Positions 1 to 12,614 of a stretch of 64,000 bases of DNA are shown here, piece after piece; position 1 is the first letter of the stretch; each line of letters begins with the position of its first letter. The DNA is taken from NCBI GenBank assembly GCA_963804165.1, contig CAWDPO010000043.1, forward strand, positions 160,001-224,000. Direction: 5' to 3'. Under the pieces are notes generated by a model. That model did no database searches. It was given only the letters and a program-made list of their open reading frames with translations, and was not told the origin of the DNA. A program made the position numbers and the translations under genes. The DNA comes from an uncultured delta proteobacterium. Its GTDB lineage: Bacteria > Desulfobacterota > Binatia > UBA9968.

Positions 1-26
1 TTACGGGCACAAACAGCGTTGTTCGA

Positions 27-374
27 TTAACTTTTGTCGGGGTCCTTAGGCTCGCGCAGTTCGCGTTTCCAACTCAGGGTTCTTGCTTTAGCCGCGATAT
101 GCTCGGCCTCGGCGATCTGCCCGTGCTTCTGGTAGAAAATCGACAGGCTGGTGTACGCTAATTCATCATCAGGTGCGACTTCGATGAGGCGCTTGCCCAC
201 TTCGATCGCCTTGTCGAACTTTTCCTGATGAGCGTAAGTCATGGCCAGCGCGTGAAGGGCGTCGGCATGGTTGGGATCCTCGTCGAGCGCCCGCAAATAA
301 GCCGCTACTGCTTCGTCCAACTTGTCTTGGGCGAAAAACTCCATTCCTTCGTTGTAATGATCTTGTTTGTTCAC
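27..374 (-). CDS. Tetratricopeptide repeat protein
   Basis: Intact 115-aa ORF with TPR-like helical pattern (AVAAYLRALDEDPNHADALHALAMTY; KRLIEVAPDDELAYTSL). Confidence 0.8.
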   Translation of the reverse strand: MNKQDHYNEGMEFFAQDKLDEAVAAYLRALDEDPNHADALHALAMTYAHQEKFDKAIEVGKRLIEVAPDDELAYTSLSIFYQKHGQIAEAEHIAAKARTLSWKRELREPKDPDKS

Positions 375-381
375 GGCAACG

Positions 382-1543
382 CTAATTGGATTTGGGCACT
401 GTAACTGTAGTCAGGCGGGATGACGAAGACGCAAGGGAAGTGCTCGTTTGGCTGGTCAGTTCCGGTCGACATTGCTGCAGCAGAATTTTCTTCAGCATTG
501 CTGGATTGACCGGTTTCTTGAAGATCACGCCTTGCAACCCCTCAAGGCAGCTCCGCTTGATGATATGATCTTTATCATAATTGAATGCGGTCATTAAGAC
601 CACGGGGAGCTTCGGCGTCTTTTTCTTGACCGCCTGATAGAGTTCATAGCCATCCATATCGGGCATAACAACATCGCTTAACACGAGATCGAACTGTTCT
701 CGCTTCAGCCATTCCAACGCATAGACACCGGATTCGGCGGTTTGAACGCAACAGCCTTCCGCTACGAGCAGGTCTCTAAGAGACTGGCAGACGCCGGCAT
801 CGTCGTCAACGATCAAAACCCGCAGGCTATTCAGCGGATAGCGCTCATCGGGTTCTGGCTGCTCGCAGGGTTTCGCGGCATCGTCGACACGCAAATCTGC
901 CATCATCTTACCGTGCAAATACTCTTTCGTGCCGTATTCGCCCTCATCAGCCATCTGGCTGATGCGGCCGGTAATGTCTTGAATTTTTTTTACTTGCGAC
1001 GCCAGGGATTCCAGTCGATCCGATTCGACGAGAAAGTCCTCGTCGTTAGCGACTCGTCCCACGTATTGACGCAGCATCTCGATTTGATTGACCAACACTT
1101 CGAGGGAGTTGTTATCTTCGTGCGATAGCCCTATGGCGATCTCGCCCAAAGTCACGAGTTGATCACGCCGCCTGATTTCCCGAATATCTTTGGCGAAACC
1201 GATTGATCCGATCTCGTTGCCCTGATCGTCGTAGGTAATCGACGCTGAAATCGCGACCGGGATCTTCTCCCCTTTTTTGGTTTTGAAAACGGTTTCGAAG
1301 TTGCGCAATCGCCCCTTGCCTCCGGCATCGGCTGCGCGCATGGCCGCCATGACTCTGCGGGCCTCTTCAAGACTCGGATAAATTTCCAGGACGTTTTTTC
1401 CCAAGACCTCTTCGTGGCTGAAGCCGAGATTTTGCCGCGCGCCGTCGTTGTAAAAGATGATTGTCCCTTGCTTATCGACTGAAATGATGATATCGGGGCA
1501 ACTCTCGACGAGTTTTTGGAAGTATTGTACCGGGCAGGGCCAT
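382..1543 (-). CDS. PAS + HisKA-like + receiver domain signalling protein (no HATPase domain); one frameshift near the start
   Basis: The frame of ORF 382..1404 continues upstream as YFQKLVESCPDIIISVDKQGTIIFYNDGARQNLGF (PAS) and reaches the ATG at 1543 after a 1-nt shift. H-box-like LSHEDNNSL; receiver motifs VLIVDDD, LSDVVMPDMDG, KKPV. Confidence 0.8.
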
Positions 1544-1657
1544 AGGACTCAGGATGTATCTTGCATGATAAGTCGAACGACGATATCAATGCAAGAGCCT
1601 TGAGCAACATCGGGTTAGCGCGCCTCGCGATAATCTTTGACCGCCTCCGCAGTTTTC

Positions 1658-3499
1658 ATGGAACCGACCAAGGACACCCGGCAGCTCAACTGGTTATTGG
1701 CGTGGGCGGTAGTTTTTTGCGACATCGGCACGTCCGTGTATTACGTGCCTGGCATTCTCTACGGCACCGTCGGCGACAAGACTCCGTTCTTTATTTTGCT
1801 CACGACTTTGGCCTTCATTCCTCTGGCCCTGAAGTACATTGAGATTACTTGGCGTAACCCCGAAGGCGGCGGCGTGGTGACGATCACGACCAAGGCGTTA
1901 GGACCCATGTGGGGCTGCCTCGGCGGGATGCTGATTACAACGAGCTATTTTCTTACTGCAGCGATCTCAGCCGTTTCTGGTATTCATTACGTCGGTAGTG
2001 TTTTACCTTTTCTCGATGCGCACATCGTGGTGTTGGCCTGTTTCGGCCTGCTCGCTTTAGCCATTCTCAATATCGTCGGCATCCGAGAAAGTGCGACCGC
2101 TGCCGTTTTCATGGCTGCTACGGCATTCATCGTCGATATTGTCGTGATCACCTTATCGGTCGAGTAGTTTTTCTTTCGATCAGTGGACACAAGCGCTGGA
2201 AAACTTTATCTCCGGACACGACCTCTCCGTTCACAGCCTGCTGGTTGGCTTTGCCGCCGCTTGGCTCGCCTTCTCCGGATTGGAAAGCATTAGCCAGCTC
2301 AGCCCGGTCATACGATTCCCTATACGCCGGACAACAAGATGGGCGATGATGGCCGTTATTCTAACGACTATCGTTACATCACCGTTGCTCTCAGTTCTGT
2401 CGATCAACCATGCTTGAAGCTAATGTGAAGGCAACCCAGAGTGAACGCTTTATTTCGGAGGTTGCGGATAATTTCCGGCGGCTTCGGCCTGAAGTTAGCT
2501 GTGGTCTTGAGCGCCTCAACGCTGCTTCTCTTCGCGGCCAACACGGCGATTATCGGCGCCTATCACATCTTTCTCGCGTTATCGAAGCGGGATTTTTACC
2601 GCGGGTGATTTCCCTTCGCAGCAACAAATTTCATAGCCCACACATTGCGATTTCCATCGCCACGATAATTCCCGTGGGAGTCATCCTTGCGACGCGTGGA
2701 GAACTGACGCTCCTCGGCGAGATGTATGCGTTTGGCTTTGGGCGCATTTTTCTTTTCATCGCTGAGTTTGGACATCATTCGCTGGCGATTGGGACGGCGC
2801 GATTTCGCCTTCTGGTTTGGAGTGCTCACGACGGCTATGGTCCTAGTCGCCTGGTGCGTCAATATCGTCGATAAAGAACTGGCGACGCTACTTCGGCGGA
2901 CTTCTCAGTGCAATCGGTATGCTTTTCGCCATCGGTGTGCGACGGGCATGGTTCATCGAGGCCCTCATGCAGATTCCCTTTGTGCAGCGGCTCCAGGCAC
3001 GTGCCTATCGCGCTTCCGAAAACCTGGTCGAAGACGAACTGAAGGGACTTGATGACGCTCGCCGAAGCCGTTGAAGTGAAGCCTCTTTACCCTTCCTCCA
3101 CATTGTTGGCGATCCGTGACGAAAATCCGCGCTTGATTCAGGAAGCGCTCACCCGAGCAAAAGGTAAGCGCGAGTCCGCCCTCTATTGTATTTACGTCGA
3201 AGAATGGCCAGGACTGTTCGCCGGAGCGACTCCTCATGCACCAAACGAACAGGGCGTCGAGACTTTAAAGGCGGCGCTGCAAGCCGTCCGAGGAAACCAG
3301 ATCGAGATGATTCCCATCTGGGCCGTCTCCCACAATGCCGCCGAAGCGATCGCCAACGCTGCCAAAGTCGCTCGACGTCGACGCCGTGATCATCGGCGCA
3401 TCGCGCCGTTCGGCGTTTTACCACATGCTGCGCGGCCACGTGGTCAAAGGATTGATGAAGAAACTACCGCGGGATTGCCACTTGATGATCTGCAATTGA
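1658..3499 (+). CDS. APC-superfamily transporter (KimA/YdaO-like) with C-terminal USP-like cytoplasmic domain; multiple frameshifts
   Basis: Fragments AVVFCDIGTSVYY, NPEGGGVVTITTKALG, AWLAFSGLESISQLSP and LGEMYAFG, plus a C-terminal soluble domain (ALYCIYVEE...AEAIANAAK) ending at HLMICN-TGA (3499). Confidence 0.75.
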
Positions 3500-3527
3500 T
3501 TTCACCTCAGCAAATGAGGTGAAATCA
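3497..3527. repeat. Perfect 13-bp inverted repeat (hairpin) between convergent genes
   Basis: TGATTTCACCTCA-gcaaa-TGAGGTGAAATCA read directly from the sequence. Confidence 0.85.
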
Positions 3528-3547
3528 CCTGAGCCAGCGAAGGATCT
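3525..3547 (+). repeat. Degenerate CGTC-type REP-like motif
   Basis: TCACCTGAGCCAGCGAAGGATCT resembles the copy at 50100-50127 (CGTCACCCTGAGCAACGCGAAGGGTCTC). Confidence 0.55.
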
Positions 3548-3582
3548 GTCTTCCTTAATTCCGAATATGATCGATCCAACGG

Positions 3583-4287
3583 CTAAGCCATATCTCTTCG
3601 CTCGCCTTGGCGGACTGCTCGATCAGCTCGTGCGCTTCTTCCGCGCCGAGAAAACGGTCGATCGCCGCGTGACCGGCGTAAAGCAACGGCGTGACGCTCG
3701 AGCGCGACGATGAGCTTGAAAGAATAGTTCGACGCCGCCACCGTCAAAAATTCGGATGTCTGCATTTTGCCGGGGAGCCAGAAGGCGATGCCGATAATGA
3801 CGATGCTGTCGATCAGTTGCGAGACCACGGTGGAGCCGGTGGCGCGCATCCACAGAAATCTTCCGCCGGTCTTGTGCCGAACCAGCCAAAAAATAAAGAC
3901 GTCGACCAGTTGACTCACGGCGAAGGCGATGACGCTGCCGACGATGATCCACAACGATTGGCCGAAACACCGCGTAAAATTGCGCGTCGGTCACCGGTGA
4001 AAACGACGCGGCCGGGAACTTGGATGGCGAGGAAAAGCACGACGAAAGCGTAGACGATCAGGCCAATGGTCATGAACGTCAGCCGCTTGACTCCTTCCCG
4101 GCCAAAGTATTCGTTGATCAGATCGGTGGCGATAAACACCACCGGCCAGGGAATGACGCCGATGCTCAAGGTAAATGGACCGAGGGTAAACAGCTTGCCG
4201 CCGGTCAATTCGCCGAGAATCGCGTTGGTGACGAAGAAACCCGGCCAGCGCCAGATAGACGATATCTCTGCGGCTTTGAGTTCCCAT
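3583..4287 (-). CDS. yhhQ: Queuosine precursor transporter (YhhQ/QPTR, VUT family); frameshifted
   Basis: Fragments IGVIPWPVVFIATDLINEYFG, GSVIAFAVSQLVDVFIF and RATGSTVVSQLIDS are typical of YhhQ; tgt and queA lie nearby. Confidence 0.85.
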
Positions 4288-4328
4288 GGTGACTTAGCCC
4301 GCGCGCGGTGCTGCGATTCGCGCGGAAG

Positions 4329-5365
4329 CTATTTCATGCCGAGAGTTTTGAGAAACCCTGACTTGGTCAAGGCGTCGACAAAAGAATTGTCGTAGAAATC
4401 TTTCGGATCGGCGTTCTTGGCATTGGGGAATTCTTTTTCGTCGAGATATTCGAACTGCCCGCTGATCGCCTCCGGACTGCACGGCCAGACTCATCGCCCA
4501 GTAGGGCGCGAAGGCTTCATAGGTGCCGTCGATGGTCGGCGCGTCGTCGATCTTGGCGTATTTGGCGATCGCTTTTTTAGCCGCCGCGGGATCTTGGCGC
4601 GCCAGCGACGACGCCTTCGGCGATCGCTTTGAGGAACGCATAAACGGTAGTTGGGATTATTTTTCAGATATTTTTCCGTGGTGCCGTAGGCGACTTGGAA
4701 TGCCGGGAATATTGAGCTTGCCGATATCGACCAGGAGATTGAGTCCCGACTCTTTGGCTTTGATCGTATTTGGTGCCGACAGCGTGCCGGCCGCGGTCTT
4801 GCCGCCGAGGATCGAGCTTAAGAATCGCCGGCACCGACTGGACGTAGAGAATCTGCACGTCTTTGTCCGGCACCAGGCCGTTTTTTTTCAGCGCCTCGCG
4901 GGTCGCGGTATCGAGCGCGGCGCGCGGCGTGCTCGCCGCCACCGTCTTGCCTTTTAGATCTTGAATAGTTTTGATTTCCTTGGCGCCCCAAATCTGAAAC
5001 ACCAGCTGCTGGATCGTCCCGCCGAAATATTTCACCTGGCCGCCGTGCAAGCCGCGCATTGATCAGATCCGGCCCATCAGTGTAGAAATCCGCCTCCTCG
5101 GACGATCACCGCCTGCGCCGACACCTGCGGCGTGAACAGTTGCAGAGTTGGCATTCAATCCGTATTTTTTGAACAACCCGGCTTCATACGCCAGCCAGAT
5201 CGGCGTAAACGCGCCGCTCGGTTGCGCGTAGGTCACCACGACGTCCGATTTTTCCGGCTTGCCGCCGACATCTGCGCGCAAACAATGACACCACCGACCC
5301 TGTGAACAGCACACGCTAAGACAAAGCACCCAACTCGCATAAAACACGACCTTGGAGCTAGCCAT
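4329..5365 (-). CDS. ABC transporter substrate-binding protein, SsuA/NMT1-like; frameshifted
   Basis: Fragments PIWLAYEAGLFKKYGL, IKTIQDLKGKTVA, LKKNGLVPDKDVQIL; stop at 4329. Confidence 0.8.
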
Positions 5366-5410
5366 CCCATTCACCTCTGCAATTTTCTTCCGTACGATTT
5401 TTCCCTGGTC

Positions 5411-5442
5411 AACTCCAAGACCCGAGACCCAAAATCTGAAAC
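5411..5442. repeat. Degenerate heptamer tandem array
   Basis: aactcca agacccg agaccca aaatctg aaac, intergenic. Confidence 0.5.
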
Positions 5443-5498
5443 GGCTTCCGCCGGCCGCACATCGACGATTTTCAATTCGACGCTGTGTGCCGTTCCAA

Positions 5499-7186
5499 TC
5501 ATTCTCGAGTCAACCGATAAGCAACATCGATCATCTCTCCCGGCATGCCGGGATAGTCATCGCCGACGCCGAAGACAACGCCGCTGATCACGCGGCCGCT
5601 CTGGCGCAAGCGAAAGCGCACGCCGGCGGAAAAAACTTTGCGTTCGCAAATTTCCGCGCCCGAGTGGTCATGAACACCGGCTCCGGATTGCCGACGCCAA
5701 AAGGCTTGCAGAACGTTCAGCTCGTGCAATAAGCGGCATGCCGATGTCGGAAAAATCCAATCGCGCATCGATCTCCAGCAGCGGCAACAGGTCTTCCGGC
5801 GTGAGCGATTGCCGCGCGGCGTGCTTCGAAAGCTTCGGCGAAACGCTCCAGCTTCTCCGCCCTGATCGACAAGCCGCCGGCGTATTCATGGCCGCCGAAT
5901 TTTTCCAAATGCTCCGCGCAGCGGTGAAATCCGTCGACCATATGAAAGCCGCGGATGCTGCGCGCCGAGCCTTTGCCGTCGCCGCCATTGAAACCGATGA
6001 CGACGGTCGGACGGTAAAACTTTTCGACGATGCGAGACGCGACGATGCCGAGCACGCCGGGATGCCAGCCCTCGCCCGCCAATACCAGCGAATGGCGGCT
6101 GGCCGCCATCCATCGCCGCGTCTCCGCCTGCGCCAGGGCATGCTCTAGTACCGCGGCTTCGATGGCGCGCCGCTCGCTGATTATGCGCGTCCAACTCCTG
6201 GGCGATGCGCAGGGCGATTTCGCTGGAATCGGTCGTCAGCAACTCGACGACTTTGATGCCGTAATCCACCCGTCCCGCGGCGTTGATGCGCGGCCCCAAA
6301 CGAAACCCAACTTGCCCGGCGCTGACTTCGCCGGCTGGAATGCCGGCGACTTGTTTGAGCGCGACGACTCCGGGCCGCGTGGAGGTAGCCAACTCCAGTC
6401 AGACCGCGCTTGATCAGCGTGCGATTGACGCCCTTGAGCGGCACCATGTCGGCGATCGTGCCGAGCGTGACGATATCGAGATAGCGCCGAATATCGGGAT
6501 CGCCGCGCCGTTCTAAGAACCAGCCGCTTCGCGCAACTTGGCGCGCAGGCCAATGACCAGATAAAACGCCAACCCAGCGGCGCACGAGTCCTTTGTCAGG
6601 AAATGCGCAGTCCTTGCGGTGCGGATTGATCACCGCCACCGCCGGCGGAAGCTCGTCCGGCGGCTGATGATGATCGACAACGACGATATCGAGACCGAAA
6701 TCTCGCGCGGCGGCAACTTCTTTGGCATTGGAAATGCCGCAGTCCACGGTGACGACCAAGATCGACGCCGCGTTCTTTGAGCCGCCTCAGTCCTTCAATG
6801 TTGAGACCGTAACCCTCTTCGATGCGATGCGGCACATGGTAGATCGGTGCCGCGCCGATCTCGCGCAAGAAAGAAACCAGCACCGAAGCCCCGGTGGTGC
6901 CGTCGACGTCGTAGTCGCCCCAAATGCCGATCTGTTCGCTTGTTCTTGATCGCCGACAATGCCGCTGCACCGCCGGCTCCATATCGGCCATGTCGAACGG
7001 CGATGGCAGGTCCGCGCGTAGACTGGACGAAAGATAAGAAACGCCGCGTAGACTCGATATCGGCAAAACCGCGCAGGGCAGGATGCGCGCCAGCAGCGGC
7101 GAAAGTTTGAGCTGTTCGGCAGTGTTGAGCGACGCTTCGTGGGTCGGCTTCCTAAGAATCCAACGTTTGGCAGAGTCATTTGGCAT
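5499..7186 (-). CDS. recJ: Single-stranded-DNA-specific exonuclease RecJ; frameshifted
   Basis: Motifs GDYDVDG, VTVDCG, VVDHH, LGTIADMVPL, GPRINAAGR, HPGVLGIVASRI, GSARS, FGGH; downstream of secF. Confidence 0.93.
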
Positions 7187-7295
7187 GTAAGGTTCGGTAG
7201 GAGTCAATGACACGCTGGACAATGCGTCTTGAAGCACGAGTCGGACGTTGATCGTCGGCGTCTCGCGACCTTTGCTGATTTGCAGCCTCGGTGAT

Positions 7296-8239
7296 TTATC
7301 TTCTCGCAGCTATCTCCGAACCGTACCGCCCCACAGCAGGATGACCGGACTGGCGATAAAGATCGTCGAGTAGACGCCGGAGATAAAGCCCACCAACAAC
7401 GCGAAAGCGAAGGGCCGGATCACCGCGCCGCCGAGAAGATAAAGCGCCAACAGCACCAACAAAGCCGTGCCGGTGGTCAAGAATCGTCCGGCTCAATGTC
7501 TCGTTGATGCTGGTATTGATGATATTTTCCAGGGTTTCGCGCCTTATCTTGCGCAAGTTCTCGCGAATACGGTCGCAAATCACCACCGTATCGTTGACCG
7601 AAAAACCGACGATGGTCAGCAGCGCCGCGACCACCGTCAGATCGAACTCGTAGTTGGCCAGCATCAAAGCGCCGACGGTAACCAAAACATCATGAATCAA
7701 CGCGATCACCGCGCCGAGACCAAAATGCAAACCAAATCGCGCGCCGAACGCCGAGCGCGAAGCGAATCCAGATGTACACGCCCATCATGACCGTCGCGGC
7801 GATGACCGAAAGCGTACCGCGCCAGCGCAAATCTTCGCCGATTTTCGGTCCGACGAACTCGATCCGGCGGATCTCAAATTTATCGGCGCCGAATTTGTTC
7901 GTCAGCGCCTTTTTGATTTGATCGCCGAGCGCGCCGATTCGACAGCCGACTTTTTCCACGCGCACGAGAAATTCGTTCGATCCCTCCTGGCCGAAATCCT
8001 GAATCACGCTGCCGCCGAGCTGCACGCTCTCCAGCGCTTGGCGAATATCCGGCAATCGTGATCTTTTGATTAAATTTCAATTGCACCATGGTGCCGCCGG
8101 CAAAGTCGACGCCCAAGAGTGGGCCCTTTGATGAACAGAAACGCGAGGACGATGAAGATTGACCACGCGTGGACAGAATCACCGCGAGCTTGCGATATTT
8201 GGTAAACGGGATTTTGGTTCCTGGATTGATGAGTTCCAT
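7296..8239 (-). CDS. secF: Protein translocase subunit SecF; frameshifted
   Basis: LGVDFAGGT, EFVGPKIG, ALIHDV, GFSVNDTVVICDRIREN, SINETLSRT. Confidence 0.95.
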
Positions 8240-8248
8240 TATTGCCTC

Positions 8249-9863
8249 CTAGATGCTGATGCGCTCGAGACTACGCGCGCTGATACGGTAGTCGTAATAG
8301 ATTCTGGTGAGATAAACCGCCGTAATCACGGTCGTAAGAATGCCGATACAAAGCGTCACGGCGAAACCTTTGATCGGCCCGGTGCCGAACTGAAACAGGA
8401 TCACCCCGGAAAGAAAAGTCGTGATATTGGAATCCAAGATCGCCGGCAGCGCATTTTGATAGCCCGCCTCGATGGCCGAGCGCACCGCGCGGCCCGCTCT
8501 AAGCTCTTCGCGAATGCGTTCGTTGATCAGAACGTTGGCGTCAACCGCCATGCCGACGGTCAACACAATGCCGGCGATACCCGGCAAAGTGAGTACCGCC
8601 TGAAAACCGGCTAGGATGGCGACCATGAACAAGACGTTGAAGACCAGCGCCGACCACGGCGACCAAGCCGGCGCCTTTGTAATAAGCGATCATGAACAGC
8701 ACCACGAAGGCGCCGCCGACGATAAACGAAGTCGATGCCTTGATTGATCGAATCTTGCCCCAGCGAAGGCCCGACCGTGCGCTCTTCGGCGATCTCCACC
8801 GGCGCCGGCAGCGCGCCGGCGCGCAGGACGATCGATAAGATCGCGCGCTTCTTTGATGTCGAAATTGCCGGTGATCGATGCCCGGCCGCCGCCGATCCGC
8901 TCTTGAATCACCGGGGCGGAATAGACGCGGTTGTCGAGCACGATGGCGAGGCGGCGCTTGACGTTGGCCGCGGTGATCTGTTCGAAGAGCCGCGCCGCCG
9001 GCGTTGTTGAGGATCAGCTCGACAGAGGCCCCTGCAGTTGCTCCGCCGGCCGCACCCGCGCGTCCTGAATATATTCGCCCGTCATCAACGCGCGCGACTC
9101 CAGGACATAGGGCTTGCTTTTCCGTGCCCGCTCCCTCGCCCCTGACCGGCGTGGCCGTAGAGCACCTCGCGGCCCGGCGGCGGGCCGTTCTTGATCGCCT
9201 CTTCCGCATTCGCCGTGTCGTCGACGAGTTTGAATTCCAAAAGCGCCGTCTTGCCGATAATATCCTTGGCCCGCGTCAGGATCTTGGATGCCGGGAAGTT
9301 GGATCAAGATGTTGGTTTGTCCCTGGCGCTGAATGATCGGCTCGCTGACGCCGAACTGGTCGATCCGGTTGCGGATCGTTTCCAGCGACTGATCGACGGC
9401 ATAATCGCGCAGAGAGCGCAGTTCTTCTTTGCTCAACGTCAGAAAGAGTCGTGGTGCCGGCCGCCGGTTTGCGGCGTCTTCGCTTCGACAAGTTAGCCGA
9501 AGTCGCTTTTGAGAATGCCGCGCACCCGCTCGGCGTTGGCGGCCGGCGCTTTGATCTGCATCTGCGTCCCTTCGACGCGCTCCACCGACACGCCGGCAAT
9601 ACCCTTCTCGCGAACAGCGTTGGTCAGATCGCCTCGCACACGCTCGACATTGATTTTCGATCGCTTTGTCGACTTTCACTTCAAGCACCAGATGGCTGCC
9701 GCCTTGAAGATCGAGTCCGAGGTGAATCTTTTCCGCTCGGCAAAAAATTACGTCCACCAATCCGGCATGCGGGCCTGCACAAACGTCCGGGAACCAAGTA
9801 AATAAAAGCCACCAGACATGGCGATACTGAATAAAATCATCGCGTCAGAACGCTTCGTCGCAT
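8249..9863 (-). CDS. secD: Protein translocase subunit SecD; frameshifted
   Basis: [63 protein letters not shown]. Confidence 0.95.
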
Positions 9864-9867
9864 TCCT

Positions 9868-10206
9868 CTAATCCTTTCCTTCTTTCGCCGGCGCTTTTTC
9901 GCCGGTGAATACGGCCGAGATCTGCGGGCGATGCACGCGGATGCGCACGTTCGGCGCCACCTCCAACGTCACCACCGTTTCCTTTAAGTCGACCACCTTA
10001 CCGTAAATTCCGCCGGAGGTCATCACTTCGTCGTTCTTTTTTAGCTTGTTGAGCAGCTCTTGATGTTCTTTGGCCTTTTTCTGCTGCGGCCGAATCACCA
10101 TGAAATACATGATGACGAAAATTAGAATGAACGGGAATCATGCGTCATCATCGGGGCCCGGTCCGCCGGCTCCCGGCGCGCTTTGTGCGTAAGCGAGATC
10201 GAACAT
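9868..10206 (-). CDS. yajC: Preprotein translocase subunit YajC; frameshifted near the N-terminus
   Basis: MYFMVIRPQQKK...VMTSGGIYGKV; start MFDLAYAQ at 10206 with a GGAGG RBS. Confidence 0.93.
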
Positions 10207-10216
10207 AATTCCTCCT

Positions 10217-11346
<1,130 letters not shown>

Positions 11347-11352
11347 GGACCA

Positions 11353-11472
11353 ATTTTGGATTGTCGGATTGGAGATTGTCGGATAGGGGCACCGTTCGCA
11401 AGTCTAATGCGGATCGCTCCGAATCCGACAATCCAAATTCCAAAAGCGGCCCCGCAGACGCGATCCAAAATT
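11353..11472. repeat. Inverted array of 7/8-mer repeats between queA and tgt
   Basis: tttggattgtcggatt and aatccgacaatccaaa form a perfect 16-bp inverted repeat; additional units ggagatt/gtcggat and an outer atccaaaatt. Confidence 0.75.
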
Positions 11473-12526
11473 TTAAAGAATCAGCATCGCATCGCCGTAA
11501 CTGTAAAACCGATATTGCCTTCTCGATCGCTTCTTGATAAGCGCGCCGGACGAGATCCAAGCCGGCAAACGCGGCGACGAAAATCAGCGGCGTAGAACCG
11601 GGCAGATGAAAATTCGTAATCAACGCGTCGAGAACGTGGAAATAATCGCCGGGGCGAAGGTAAAGCCGCGCGATGCCTTCGTCGGCGACGATCTTGCCCT
11701 TTTGCCGCGCGATCCATTCCAGCGTGCGCGTGCTGGTCGAGCCGACGGCGACAACGCGATGGCCCGCCGATCTTGTCGCGATTGATTTTCTGCCGCCGCT
11801 TGCCGCGTTGAGCGCTATATCGCTCGCCTTCCATGCGATGATTTTCGATTTCGGCGTGGCGCACGGGTTGGAAAGTACCCGGCGCCGACGTGAAGGGTCA
11901 ACAGCGCGCTGCTCGATGCCCTCGGCGCTCTCAGCTCGGCAAACAGTTCCGGGGTGAAGTGAAATCCCGCGGTCGGGCGCCGCGATCGCGCCGGGATTGA
12001 GCCGCGTAAACGGTCTGATAGCGGTCGCGATCGAGCGCCTCCGCTTCGCGGTCACGGCGCACGTAGGGTGGCAACGGCGGCTCGCCGAGCGTTTCCAATT
12101 GCCCGTTGAAATCGCCGGCGTGATGAAACTCCAGACCAAAGCGGCCGCGTCCGATATCGCCAATCACTTCGGCAGTCATGTTGTCGCCGAAACGCAACAG
12201 GCTACCGACCCGCGGTTTCTTCGCGGCATCGACCAGCGCGATCCACAAATTTCGGCCTTCTTCAGGAAAGCGTTCGAGCAACAGCACCTCCACTTTGCCG
12301 CCGCTCGCCTTCGCGCCTCGCAACCGAGCCGGAAAAACTTTGGTATCGTTAAGCACCAAGCACATCGCCGGCGTCAAGAAACTCGCCCAAGTGCCGAAAA
12401 CACGCTATGAATGATTTCCCCGGAATGGCGCCGGATCACGAGCAGACGCGAGCCGGCGCGATCTCGGCTAGGAAACGCCGCGATGAACGATTCAGGTAAC
12501 TCGTAATCGAATTCCTTGAGATCCAT
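11473..12526 (-). CDS. queA: S-adenosylmethionine:tRNA ribosyltransferase-isomerase; frameshifted
   Basis: MDLKEFDYELP, LVLNDTKVFPARL, PLPPYVRR, DRYQTVYA, VAVGSTSTRTLE, ITNFHLPGST, C-terminal YGDAMLIL. Confidence 0.95.
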
Positions 12527-12539
12527 CTCCCACGATAAA

Positions 12540-12567
12540 GTAAGGGCACGGCATGCCGTGCCCTTAG
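12540..12567. repeat. GTAG-family REP-like palindrome
   Basis: TAAGGGCACGGCATGCCGTGCCCTTA is a perfect 26-bp palindrome (12541-12566) preceded by G, resembling GTAG-tagged REPs. Confidence 0.7.
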
Positions 12568-12614
12568 CGTTTTCAAAACGGCTGGCAGAATCGAGTAGCG
12601 GCGTTGCTTGATCG

